A stretch of 38,026 nucleotides of DNA from Bacteroidia bacterium (GTDB taxonomy: Bacteria > Bacteroidota > Bacteroidia > JABEUT01): positions 1 through 38,026 of the forward strand of contig DATHOL010000486.1 of NCBI GenBank assembly GCA_035484895.1, given 5' to 3'. The translations under genes and the position numbers were made by a program. The notes beneath the pieces were generated by a model. The model made no database searches. It was given only the letters and a program-made list of their open reading frames with translations, and was not told where the DNA came from. Of the stretch, positions 28,487-35,263 are shown piece by piece (within the stretch, counting starts at the first letter, position 1; the number at the start of each line of letters is the position of its first letter).

Positions 28487-29278
28487 ATGGCTGAAGAAGA
28501 AAAAATAGTAGTGCAGACCATGGCTGAAATGAGCGCCAAAGGAGAAATCCCCGAGGTTCTGTTTTGGGTGGGCTGCTCCGGTAGTTTTGATGACCGTGCA
28601 AAAAAAATAACCACTTCCATAGTGCGTATACTGCATAAAGCGGGAATAAAATTTGCGGTGCTTGGTACCGAAGAGAGTTGCACAGGTGACCCTGCAAAGA
28701 GAGCCGGAAATGAGTTCCTTTTCCAGATGCAGGCGATAAATAACATTACCATATTAAACGGCTATAACGTAAAAAAAATTGTGACCGGATGCCCTCATTG
28801 CTTTAACACCATTAAAAACGAATACCCATCCCTGGGCGGCACTTATGAGGTAATGCACCATACTGAATTTATTAAAAACCTGCTCGATAGCGGAAGAATA
28901 AAAATTGAGGGCGGTTCTTTTAAAGGCAAAAAAATTGTTTTCCATGACCCGTGCTATTTGGGACGTGGCAATGATATTTATGAAGCTCCGCGTGAAGTGA
29001 TTTTGAAATTAGACACCATGCTTGCCGAAATGAAACGCAGCAAAGAAAAGAGTTTCTGTTGCGGTGCCGGCGGAGCGCAGATGTTTAAAGAAGCTGAAAA
29101 AGGAAACAAAGAAGTTAATATAGAACGCACCGAAGAAGCGCTTACCACCTCTCCTGAAGTGATTGCCACTGCCTGCCCTTTTTGCATGACCATGATGACA
29201 GACGGAATAAAACATTTTAATAAGGAAACGGAAGTTAAAGTGTTGGATGTAGCGGAGATTGTGGCTAATAATTTATAG
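28487..29278 (+). CDS. (Fe-S)-binding protein with two cysteine-rich CCG domains (HdrB/GlpC C-terminal type)
   Basis: 263 aa with two CCG-type repeats: …VGCSGSF…CTGDP…GCPHC… and …HDPCYLGR…FCCGAGG…ACPFC…. Confidence 0.8.
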   Translation: MAEEEKIVVQTMAEMSAKGEIPEVLFWVGCSGSFDDRAKKITTSIVRILHKAGIKFAVLGTEESCTGDPAKRAGNEFLFQMQAINNITILNGYNVKKIVTGCPHCFNTIKNEYPSLGGTYEVMHHTEFIKNLLDSGRIKIEGGSFKGKKIVFHDPCYLGRGNDIYEAPREVILKLDTMLAEMKRSKEKSFCCGAGGAQMFKEAEKGNKEVNIERTEEALTTSPEVIATACPFCMTMMTDGIKHFNKETEVKVLDVAEIVANNL

Positions 29279-29282
29279 TAAG

Positions 29283-29822
29283 TTGCAATTATCCGTCCGT
29301 GAAATAGAAAAGTCTGATATCGATTCCCTCGTCAAGTATTGGCTGGAATCGGATGAAGCGCATCATGCCGGCATGGGGGTCGACCCTGCTAAAATCCCCG
29401 ATGAAAAAGCCTGGCGGCTGATGCTTTCCAAACAATTAAATCAAGCCTATAAAGAGAAGCAATCGTATTGTATAATTTGGGAAGTAGATGGAAAAGCGAT
29501 GGGCCATTGCAATATCAATCCCGTTGTTTTTGGAGAAGAAGCATTCATTCATCTGCACCTGTGGAAATCGGATATACGTAAGAAAGGAATAGGCACCGAA
29601 TTAGTGAAAATGACCTTGCCTTATTTCTTCAACAATATGCAACTGAAGAAAATATATTGTGAACCCTATGCCTTGAATCCTGCGCCAAATAGGACATTAC
29701 CAAAATTAGGTTTTGAGTTTGTAAAGGAATATGTAACTGTTCCCGGCTCGTTAAACTTTGAACAACCCGTGCGCAGATGGGAGCTGAGTTTGGAAAAATT
29801 TGAGGAAATGAATCTCATATGA
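29283..29822 (+). CDS. GNAT-family N-acetyltransferase
   Basis: Acetyl-CoA-binding-type block (…HLWKSDIRKKGIGTELV…) in an ORF of about 180 aa. There is no ATG near the 5' end. I chose TTG 29283 (MQLSVREIEKSD…), 5 nt after the preceding stop; TTG 29259 is the alternative. Confidence 0.75.
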   Translation: MQLSVREIEKSDIDSLVKYWLESDEAHHAGMGVDPAKIPDEKAWRLMLSKQLNQAYKEKQSYCIIWEVDGKAMGHCNINPVVFGEEAFIHLHLWKSDIRKKGIGTELVKMTLPYFFNNMQLKKIYCEPYALNPAPNRTLPKLGFEFVKEYVTVPGSLNFEQPVRRWELSLEKFEEMNLI

Positions 29823-30250
29823 CCCGCATCAATGCAGGGATTCCGCCTAAAGCACTGACTGACCAGCACCTGCTGGCAGAGCACCGGGAGATAAAACGCC
29901 TTCCTACCGTATTCGCCAAAAATACTTACCCCATTGGTATTCCAAAGCAGTTTACACTAGGCACAGGCCATGTGAAATTCTTTTTGGACAAAGGAAAATA
30001 TACGCTTAAGCGGTACAAATTAATTTATGCAGAATGTACAAAACGTGGTTTTGAAATTACCGATTACAGTTCCAATTGGGAAATATATAACAAATATCCG
30101 AAACGCAATAAAGATTATAAAGAAACTACGGAAGCTCTGGAATTATTGATTGAAAGAATTTCTCTAAGACTAGCCACAAGCAAACAAAAGCCGAGGTATT
30201 ATAAAAAAGAGATTGGAGTGGATAAGGTGCTTGAACTGCTTCGAAAATAA
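29819..30250 (+). CDS. Pyrimidine-dimer DNA glycosylase/AP lyase (T4 endonuclease V / DenV family)
   Basis: MTRINAG…LTDQHLLAEHREI…GTGHVKFFLDKGKYTLKRYKLIYAECTKRGFEITD aligns by eye with T4 endonuclease V (MTRIN…DQHLMAEYRE…GAGHVTFFYDK…ECLKRGFNI). Its ATG overlaps the GNAT stop (ATGA). Confidence 0.9.
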   Translation: MTRINAGIPPKALTDQHLLAEHREIKRLPTVFAKNTYPIGIPKQFTLGTGHVKFFLDKGKYTLKRYKLIYAECTKRGFEITDYSSNWEIYNKYPKRNKDYKETTEALELLIERISLRLATSKQKPRYYKKEIGVDKVLELLRK

Positions 30251-30255
30251 TCTCG

Positions 30256-30783
30256 TTACATATTTCCCATTATAAACTGAACAATTCCTGCCATGGAAAT
30301 CGCAATGGCGATATACCAAAGAAATCGCTTTTTAGTCATTATAGAAATAGCGGAAATAGCAATTGAAACCTGGAAGAGTGTTACTGCCCTTGCCAGAATT
30401 ATATGCCTTGACAGGTGTTCGTGCGATTCCTCCTCATCTTCCTGGGCAGTCTTTTTAATATCCGCCTGGTCCGATTTATATTGAGCAATTTTCTTATCAA
30501 GTTTAACGGTATCTCCACCTGTATTATTGGCAACCATCAATTGTGTTATCTCCGATTTAATGCCCTTAGCCTGGTAAAATGCCCATTGGTCCGATGCTTT
30601 CACTTGCGAAATTAATGCTTCGTCGGAATGATGCCCTGCCTGTAGACTGGAGAGCGCAGCCAGCACAGCCATAAAAGCTGTCGATATGGCTAAATAAAGC
30701 GACCATCCTTTTTTCCCTAATTCTTCCGCCTTTTCTTCAATGCTTTCATGCAAATGTTCTGTTGGGACTTCCGGTTCTTCCAT
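30256..30783 (-). CDS. DUF4337-like membrane protein
   Basis: 175 aa. Acidic N-terminus, a TM segment, then …SSLQAGHHSDEALISQVKASDQWAFYQAKGIKSEI…, which matches my memory of the DUF4337 family, and two C-terminal TM segments. Confidence 0.65.
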   Translation of the reverse strand: MEEPEVPTEHLHESIEEKAEELGKKGWSLYLAISTAFMAVLAALSSLQAGHHSDEALISQVKASDQWAFYQAKGIKSEITQLMVANNTGGDTVKLDKKIAQYKSDQADIKKTAQEDEEESHEHLSRHIILARAVTLFQVSIAISAISIMTKKRFLWYIAIAISMAGIVQFIMGNM

Positions 30784-30798
30784 AACTATGAGATTAGA

Positions 30799-30875
30799 TT
30801 GTAAAGTTACTAAAGTTTATAAAGCCCTGAACTTTTTCCAAAGGATGTCTCCGCACAACTTTATTAACTTTACAA
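30799..30875. promoter_or_regulatory. 18-bp inverted repeat (17/18) carrying two mirror-image near-consensus -7 boxes (TAACTTTA) in the DUF4337/rnhA divergent region
   Basis: 30799-30816 TTGTAAAGTTACTAAAGT pairs with 30858-30875 ACTTTATTAACTTTACAA. TAACTTTA lies on the minus strand at 30802-30809 (18 nt before ATG 30783) and on the plus strand at 30865-30872 (17 nt before TTG 30890). Confidence 0.4.
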
Positions 30876-30889
30876 ACTTTATAAACTCT

Positions 30890-31351
30890 TTGACTAAGGT
30901 AATCATATATACAGATGGCGCATCACAAGGCAATCCCGGGCCGGGAGGCTTTGGCGTTGTAATGATGTCAGGGAATAAGCGCAAAGAAATTTCGCAAGGC
31001 TTTCGCTTAACCACGAATAACCGCATGGAATTAATGAGCGTAATTGTTGCGCTGGAGGCCTTAAAGCAACCACAGTTGGATGTAACAATATTCAGTGATT
31101 CTAAATATGTAGTTGATTCCGTGAGCAAGGGCTGGGTATTTGGATGGAGCAAGAAAAACTTTCACGGCAAAAAAAACCCTGACCTCTGGAAACGGTTCCT
31201 GTTAATATATCCTACGCAAAAAATAAAATTCGTTTGGGTGAAGGGCCATGCCGCCAATGTGGAAAATGAACGATGCGATGTATTGGCTGTAGCTGCAGCA
31301 CAATCGCGGCATTTACATATTGATGAGGGGTATGAAAAAAGTATTGATTAG
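30890..31351 (+). CDS. rnhA: Ribonuclease HI
   Basis: …KVIIYTDGASQGNPGPGGFG…TTNNRMELMSVIVALEAL…VKGHAANVENERCD… aligns with E. coli RNase HI. TTG 30890 gives M-TKVIIYTDGAS and 153 aa (E. coli has 155). The alternative ATG 30845 adds 15 residues that translate the repeat element (FINFTNFIN). Confidence 0.85.
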   Translation: MTKVIIYTDGASQGNPGPGGFGVVMMSGNKRKEISQGFRLTTNNRMELMSVIVALEALKQPQLDVTIFSDSKYVVDSVSKGWVFGWSKKNFHGKKNPDLWKRFLLIYPTQKIKFVWVKGHAANVENERCDVLAVAAAQSRHLHIDEGYEKSID

Positions 31352-31357
31352 TTAATA

Positions 31358-31523
31358 AAGACCTCACCCTACCCTCTCCTACAAGGAGAGGGAAATTTCA
31401 TCAAGTTCGCGTGCCAATCTACCTTCTACTTATAGGAGAAGAACCAAGGATGAGGTCTGATTTAATCTAAAAGATAGTTCCGTTAAGACCTTACTTTTCC
31501 CTCTCCTATAAGGAGAGGGAAAA
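31358..31523. repeat. Cluster of nested palindromic units (CCCTCTCCT-nnn-AGGAGAGGG type) between convergent rnhA and the FKBP gene; probable bidirectional terminators
   Basis: Hairpin 1 spans 31372-31392 (9-bp stem, loop ACA). A degenerate copy lies around 31423-31441. Hairpin 3 spans 31495-31523 (13-bp stem TTTTCCCTCTCCT/AGGAGAGGGAAAA, loop ATA). AGACCTCA (31359-31366) is complementary to TGAGGTCT (31451-31458). Each full hairpin is preceded by GTTAA…AGACCT. Confidence 0.5.
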
Positions 31524-31529
31524 GCAAAA

Positions 31530-32069
31530 TCAAGGATTATCCTGTACCTTCAATAATGTTATATCATATATAACCACTGCACCGGGTGGTATCTTATCAT
31601 GATCTCCGGCTATGCCGTGAGCAAGAAAAGAAGGAAGAATAAATAAACCCTTATCGCCGACTTTCATTAGTTGTACCGCCTGGTGAACGCCGCTCTCCAC
31701 ATCGTCTTTATCAACCCGGAATTCGCGTGGTCCATCCGTTTTAGAATCATAGCAAAGAGTACCATCCAGTAGTTTTATGGAATAAGCAATTTGAACATAA
31801 TTGCCTGCTTTTGCAAGTTCGCCTTTGCCATGTGCATATATCATATAATGGATACCAGTCCCTGTAGTTTGCATAGTGTATTCATGCATTTTTACATACT
31901 GGTTTATTTCATCCGTTTCTTGCCTGATATACTTTTGTTGTGAAGGAATTAATTGCTTGTTTATTTCCTGCGTGTTAGGCGGAACAAAAGAATTATCATC
32001 TTGCTGCGGGTCGTGATGGCAGGCTGCAAGAGAAAAACAAAAAATAAATACAATAAGAAAACGCTGCAT
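31530..32069 (-). CDS. FKBP-type peptidyl-prolyl cis-trans isomerase lipoprotein (GldI-like candidate)
   Basis: Lipobox …FCFSLAAC. FKBP domain (…VQIAYSIKLLDGTLCYDS…REFRVDKDDVESGVHQAVQLMKVGDKGLFILPSFLAHG…PPGAVVIYDITLLKV). Confidence 0.85.
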   Translation of the reverse strand: MQRFLIVFIFCFSLAACHHDPQQDDNSFVPPNTQEINKQLIPSQQKYIRQETDEINQYVKMHEYTMQTTGTGIHYMIYAHGKGELAKAGNYVQIAYSIKLLDGTLCYDSKTDGPREFRVDKDDVESGVHQAVQLMKVGDKGLFILPSFLAHGIAGDHDKIPPGAVVIYDITLLKVQDNP

Positions 32070-32077
32070 TTACAAGG

Positions 32078-33100
32078 TTATTTTCCTTTTAGTTCCTGCT
32101 TATATTGAGAAAGTAAATTCAGGAATTTTAAAATGGTTTCATCCATCGACAAATCGCTGCGGCCTCCGGCAGCATTAACATGTCCTCCGCCATTGAAGTT
32201 TTTACGTGCAAACTGGTTCACATCAAACTTGTCTTTCGAACGGAATGAAATTTTTATTTCACCATCTAATTGTTCCGTAAAAAGCGCAGAAAAAACAATT
32301 CCTTTTACCGAGATAGGTTCATTGACCAAACCTTCCGTATCGCCTTCTTTGTAATCGAAACGTTTTAGTTCACTTTGTGTGAGCGTAATAAATCCGGTTG
32401 CAAAATCCGGAAATATTTTCATTTTTTCCATTACAGCATAACCAAGTAAACGTAACCGTATATCGCGATTGTTATCATCTACAAAGCGGTGCACTTTGGT
32501 AGCTTCCGCTCCGTGTCGCATTAAATCGGCTACCACATCATGCGTGTGTGCGGTTGTACTTGCAAAACGGAACGAACCCGTATCGGTCATAATACCAGCA
32601 TACAGACAATTGGCAATATCCTTGTGAATTCTCTTATTATCGCCTAACAGTGTAATAAAATCATAAACTAATTCAGCAGTAGAAGAGGCCCCGGTATTAT
32701 GAAATGCAAAATCAGCAAAATCTTCCGGCTGAGGATGATGGTCAATAACCAATCTTTTTGCCTTCGATTTCTTTACTGCCACTTCAAGGCCTTCTATACG
32801 TTTTAATGAATTAAAGTCCAAAAATATAATCAGGTCCGCTTTAGCTATGGCTTGGTTAGCAGGGGAGGGAGTTTTTTCAAAATCAATAACCGATTTGTTT
32901 CCGGGCATCCATTTCAAAAATTCAGGATATCCGTTTGGGGAAAGTACGCTTACAGTATGCCCTATTTTTTCCAGGTAGTGTTTCATACCAAGGGAAGAAC
33001 CTACAGCATCGCCATCCGGCGATCTGTGCATAATAATAACCACCTTGCATGGTTCATGCAAAATCTTATTTATTGCTGAAAACTCTTTATCGGTTAGCAC
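32078..33100 (-). CDS. nrnA: DHH-family bifunctional oligoribonuclease / pAp phosphatase NrnA
   Basis: DHH motifs (…HRSPDGDAVGS…, …VIDHHPQP…) and a DHHA1 C-terminus (…NGGGHVNAAGG…). 340 aa, GTG start. Confidence 0.85.
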   Translation of the reverse strand: MLTDKEFSAINKILHEPCKVVIIMHRSPDGDAVGSSLGMKHYLEKIGHTVSVLSPNGYPEFLKWMPGNKSVIDFEKTPSPANQAIAKADLIIFLDFNSLKRIEGLEVAVKKSKAKRLVIDHHPQPEDFADFAFHNTGASSTAELVYDFITLLGDNKRIHKDIANCLYAGIMTDTGSFRFASTTAHTHDVVADLMRHGAEATKVHRFVDDNNRDIRLRLLGYAVMEKMKIFPDFATGFITLTQSELKRFDYKEGDTEGLVNEPISVKGIVFSALFTEQLDGEIKISFRSKDKFDVNQFARKNFNGGGHVNAAGGRSDLSMDETILKFLNLLSQYKQELKGK

Positions 33101-33120
33101 GTGAAATTGTGTTTGAGATG

Positions 33121-33128
33121 CAAATTTA
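33121..33128 (-). promoter_or_regulatory. -7 promoter box TAAATTTG upstream of nrnA
   Basis: Perfect TAnnTTTG on the minus strand, 20 nt upstream of the GTG at 33100. Confidence 0.35.
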
Positions 33129-33153
33129 GCAGGATTAGGTAGATAAAGAAATT

Positions 33154-33161
33154 TATCTTTG
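33154..33161 (+). promoter_or_regulatory. -7 promoter box TATCTTTG upstream of ndk
   Basis: Perfect TAnnTTTG, 29 nt upstream of the ndk ATG. Confidence 0.4.
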
Positions 33162-33190
33162 CGCTCAATTTAAAAAAACATACAGATTAT

Positions 33191-33610
33191 ATGGCCACAA
33201 ACAGAACATTTACAATGGTAAAACCGGACGCTTTCGGAGCCGGAAATTCAGGAGCAATTCTGAGCATGATTGAAAAAGCAGGATTTAAGCTTATAGCAAT
33301 GAAAATCACAAGATTAACCAGCGAAACAGCCGGTAAGTTTTATGAAGTACATAAAGAACGCGGTTTCTACGGAGAACTGGTGGAATTTATGTCATCGGGA
33401 CCTATTATCGCAGCTATTTTGGAAAAAGATAATGCAGTAGCTGATTTCCGTAAATTGATTGGTGCAACCGACCCGGCTAAAGCCGATGAAGGAACAATCC
33501 GTAAACTATATGCTAAATCGATGGGAGCCAATGCAGTACATGGTTCCGATAGCGATGAAAATGCGGCCATTGAAAGCAATTTCTTCTTTTCGCACCTGGA
33601 AAGAGTATAA
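33191..33610 (+). CDS. ndk: Nucleoside-diphosphate kinase
   Basis: TFTMVKPDA…, …NAVHGSDS… catalytic-His block, 139 aa. Confidence 0.95.
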   Translation: MATNRTFTMVKPDAFGAGNSGAILSMIEKAGFKLIAMKITRLTSETAGKFYEVHKERGFYGELVEFMSSGPIIAAILEKDNAVADFRKLIGATDPAKADEGTIRKLYAKSMGANAVHGSDSDENAAIESNFFFSHLERV

Positions 33611-34293
33611 TGAAGGTAAAGGTTTATAAAGTTAGAAAGTTTATAAAGTTAGGGCTTACCTTTTTCTTTATAAGCTTTTTACTTTTTACTTCCACCTTAA
33701 GTGCGCAAACAAAGAAAGACACCTCCTACGGAGGTATGTTTTCATTTGGTATGCGAAATACCATCAGTGCCTTTACCGATGCCCAAAGCATAGGTATGGG
33801 CGCAGGTGGTGAGTTTAGAATAAGGCTGGCTAAGCAAATAAACACCGAATGGTTTGCCGATTACATTGCCACTGATATACAAGGCTTAGGATATCGCCAC
33901 GATGCGCATATTGGCTGGTCGGTACTTTTTTATTTCAGTAACAACCCTATGCAAAAAGGGAAAGTCACTCCCTATTTTTTAGCGGGCCATTGTTTTGACT
34001 ATACCGAAGTGGTTTCCGAATGGCCCGGAGTTCAAACAGGCGTAAGATGGAGCAGCGCTGTGCAGTGCGGTTTCGGCATACATTATAATATCACGAAATT
34101 TTTTGATATTTCCCTGCTATCGCAATATATGGTGCACCTGGGAACCGATATTAATTCGAGTATTGCAACTGACCCTGCTACAGGCTACAATTATATGAAC
34201 ATTACCCGCCAATCAGGATTTTCACTGGAAGGCCACCTGCTTACTACCCTTAGTGTTAACTATCAATTAGGAAAGTTATGGGGAAAGAAGTAA
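33610..34293 (+). CDS. Small outer-membrane beta-barrel protein (hypothetical)
   Basis: 227 aa with a signal-peptide-like N-terminus (…LGLTFFFISFLLFTSTLSAQ), alternating hydrophobic/aromatic beta-strand pattern and Gly-rich turns. Its ATG overlaps the ndk stop (TAATG). Confidence 0.6.
   Translation: MKVKVYKVRKFIKLGLTFFFISFLLFTSTLSAQTKKDTSYGGMFSFGMRNTISAFTDAQSIGMGAGGEFRIRLAKQINTEWFADYIATDIQGLGYRHDAHIGWSVLFYFSNNPMQKGKVTPYFLAGHCFDYTEVVSEWPGVQTGVRWSSAVQCGFGIHYNITKFFDISLLSQYMVHLGTDINSSIATDPATGYNYMNITRQSGFSLEGHLLTTLSVNYQLGKLWGKK
33633..33682. repeat. Palindromic TTTATAAAG element, copy 1 (inside signal-peptide codons)
   Basis: TAGAAAGTTTATAAAG (33633-33648), a 17-nt loop ttagggcttaccttttt, then CTTTATAAGCTTTTTAC (33666-33682). 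An extra half-copy GGTTTATAAAGTTA lies immediately upstream. Confidence 0.45.
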
Positions 34294-34901
34294 AAAAGGG
34301 AAAAGTAGAAGGTAGAAAATTTATAAAGTGGGGGCTTGCCTTTTGCTTTATAAACTTTCTACTTGTCACTTTCAACTGTGTCGCTCAATCCGATACCACT
34401 TTTAAGTATAAAGGAATTCTGAGGGGTACGGCCAATTTTGCACTAGGCGATATGCCTCAAAATAAAATTACCAATGCCTATCTCACAGGTAACCTGGAAT
34501 ATTATGCTGACAGTAAAATATCCATTCGCGGGGACCTTTATTTGTTTCTTAACTCACTTACCAAAAACAGCGTACTAAAAAATAATGATGCCCTTTACTT
34601 TGGCGCGTTTTACCATTTTCTGCCTAACCGTCATTTTGACCCATTGCTTGGCTTTCAGCCCGGCATAAGCCAGACACAATTTATTGGAGATAATGGTACG
34701 CTGGAAGGATCAACTATTTGTCCGCTTACCTCCTTTATGTGTGGTTTTAATTATTATGCTGAACAATGGTTCCATTTTCAGTTAAACATCCGCTACACTA
34801 TTGGCGAACATGTTACTACCGGCGATGAAACCAATATCAGTGAAATAAGTTTCAACTTCGGACTGGGCTTCAATATCAATGCGTTGAAGAAGAAAAAATA
34901 A
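34278..34901 (+). CDS. Small outer-membrane beta-barrel protein (hypothetical; distant paralogue of the preceding gene)
   Basis: 207 aa with a signal-peptide-like N-terminus (…WGLAFCFINFLLVTFNCVAQ), beta-strand alternation and a terminal strand …ISFNFGLGFNI. It overlaps the upstream gene by 16 nt. Confidence 0.6.
   Translation: MGKEVKKGKVEGRKFIKWGLAFCFINFLLVTFNCVAQSDTTFKYKGILRGTANFALGDMPQNKITNAYLTGNLEYYADSKISIRGDLYLFLNSLTKNSVLKNNDALYFGAFYHFLPNRHFDPLLGFQPGISQTQFIGDNGTLEGSTICPLTSFMCGFNYYAEQWFHFQLNIRYTIGEHVTTGDETNISEISFNFGLGFNINALKKKK
34312..34362. repeat. Palindromic TTTATAAAG element, copy 2 (inside signal-peptide codons)
   Basis: GTAGAAAATTTATAAAG (34312-34328), a 17-nt loop tgggggcttgccttttg, then CTTTATAAACTTTCTAC (34346-34362). 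The arms are complementary at 16 of 17 positions. Confidence 0.45.
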
Positions 34902-34909
34902 AGTCCATT

Positions 34910-34932
34910 AAAGTTCGCATATTGCGAACTTT
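34910..34932 (+). terminator. Perfect 10-bp palindrome AAAGTTCGCA-tat-TGCGAACTTT: terminator of the ndk-omp-omp unit and/or higBA operator
   Basis: Read directly. It lies 9 nt after the second omp stop. The stem ends in a T-run, and it ends 4 nt upstream of the higB -7 box. Confidence 0.5.
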
Positions 34933-34936
34933 TCAT

Positions 34937-34944
34937 TATCTTTG
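34937..34944 (+). promoter_or_regulatory. -7 promoter box TATCTTTG upstream of higB
   Basis: Perfect TAnnTTTG, 14 nt before the higB ATG. Confidence 0.4.
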
Positions 34945-34958
34945 TCTTTTAAAATAGA

Positions 34959-35252
34959 ATGAATATTGTTGCTTTTAGGACATTACGGGCATTTTATGAA
35001 AAAAATGCAGATTGTGAAAATCAACTAAAGACATGGTATAAAGAAGCAACTAAAGCTAATTGGAAATCTCCTAATGAAATAAAGAAAATCTTTACAAGCG
35101 CATGCATCTTAACTGATAATCGAATGGTCTTTAATATTAAAGGAAATAAATATAGGTTGATTGTAAAATTCAATTACAAATATGGATGGGCTTGGATACG
35201 TTTCATCGGCACGCATGCCGAATATGATAAAATAAATGCAGCAACAGTTTAA
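34959..35252 (+). CDS. higB: Type II toxin-antitoxin system toxin, HigB (YgjN) family mRNA interferase
   Basis: 97 aa. Alignable by eye with E. coli K-12 HigB/YgjN (…VFNIKGNKYRLIVKFNYKYGWAWIRFIGTHAEYDK… against …VFNVGGNELRVVAMVFFESQKCYIREVMTHKEYD…). Toxin-first gene order. Confidence 0.85.
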   Translation: MNIVAFRTLRAFYEKNADCENQLKTWYKEATKANWKSPNEIKKIFTSACILTDNRMVFNIKGNKYRLIVKFNYKYGWAWIRFIGTHAEYDKINAATV

Positions 35253-35263
35253 TTGAAATAATT

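Noticed and set aside
28380-28752. Two minus-strand ORFs (105 and 112 aa) spanning the selD / CCG-gene junction.
   Set aside because: Their C-terminal parts are translations of the leader repeat (…CFVPRNDVIV…, …RYSMFNIRYSLF…). The rest is antisense to the CCG Fe-S gene. This is a classic repeat-derived artefact.
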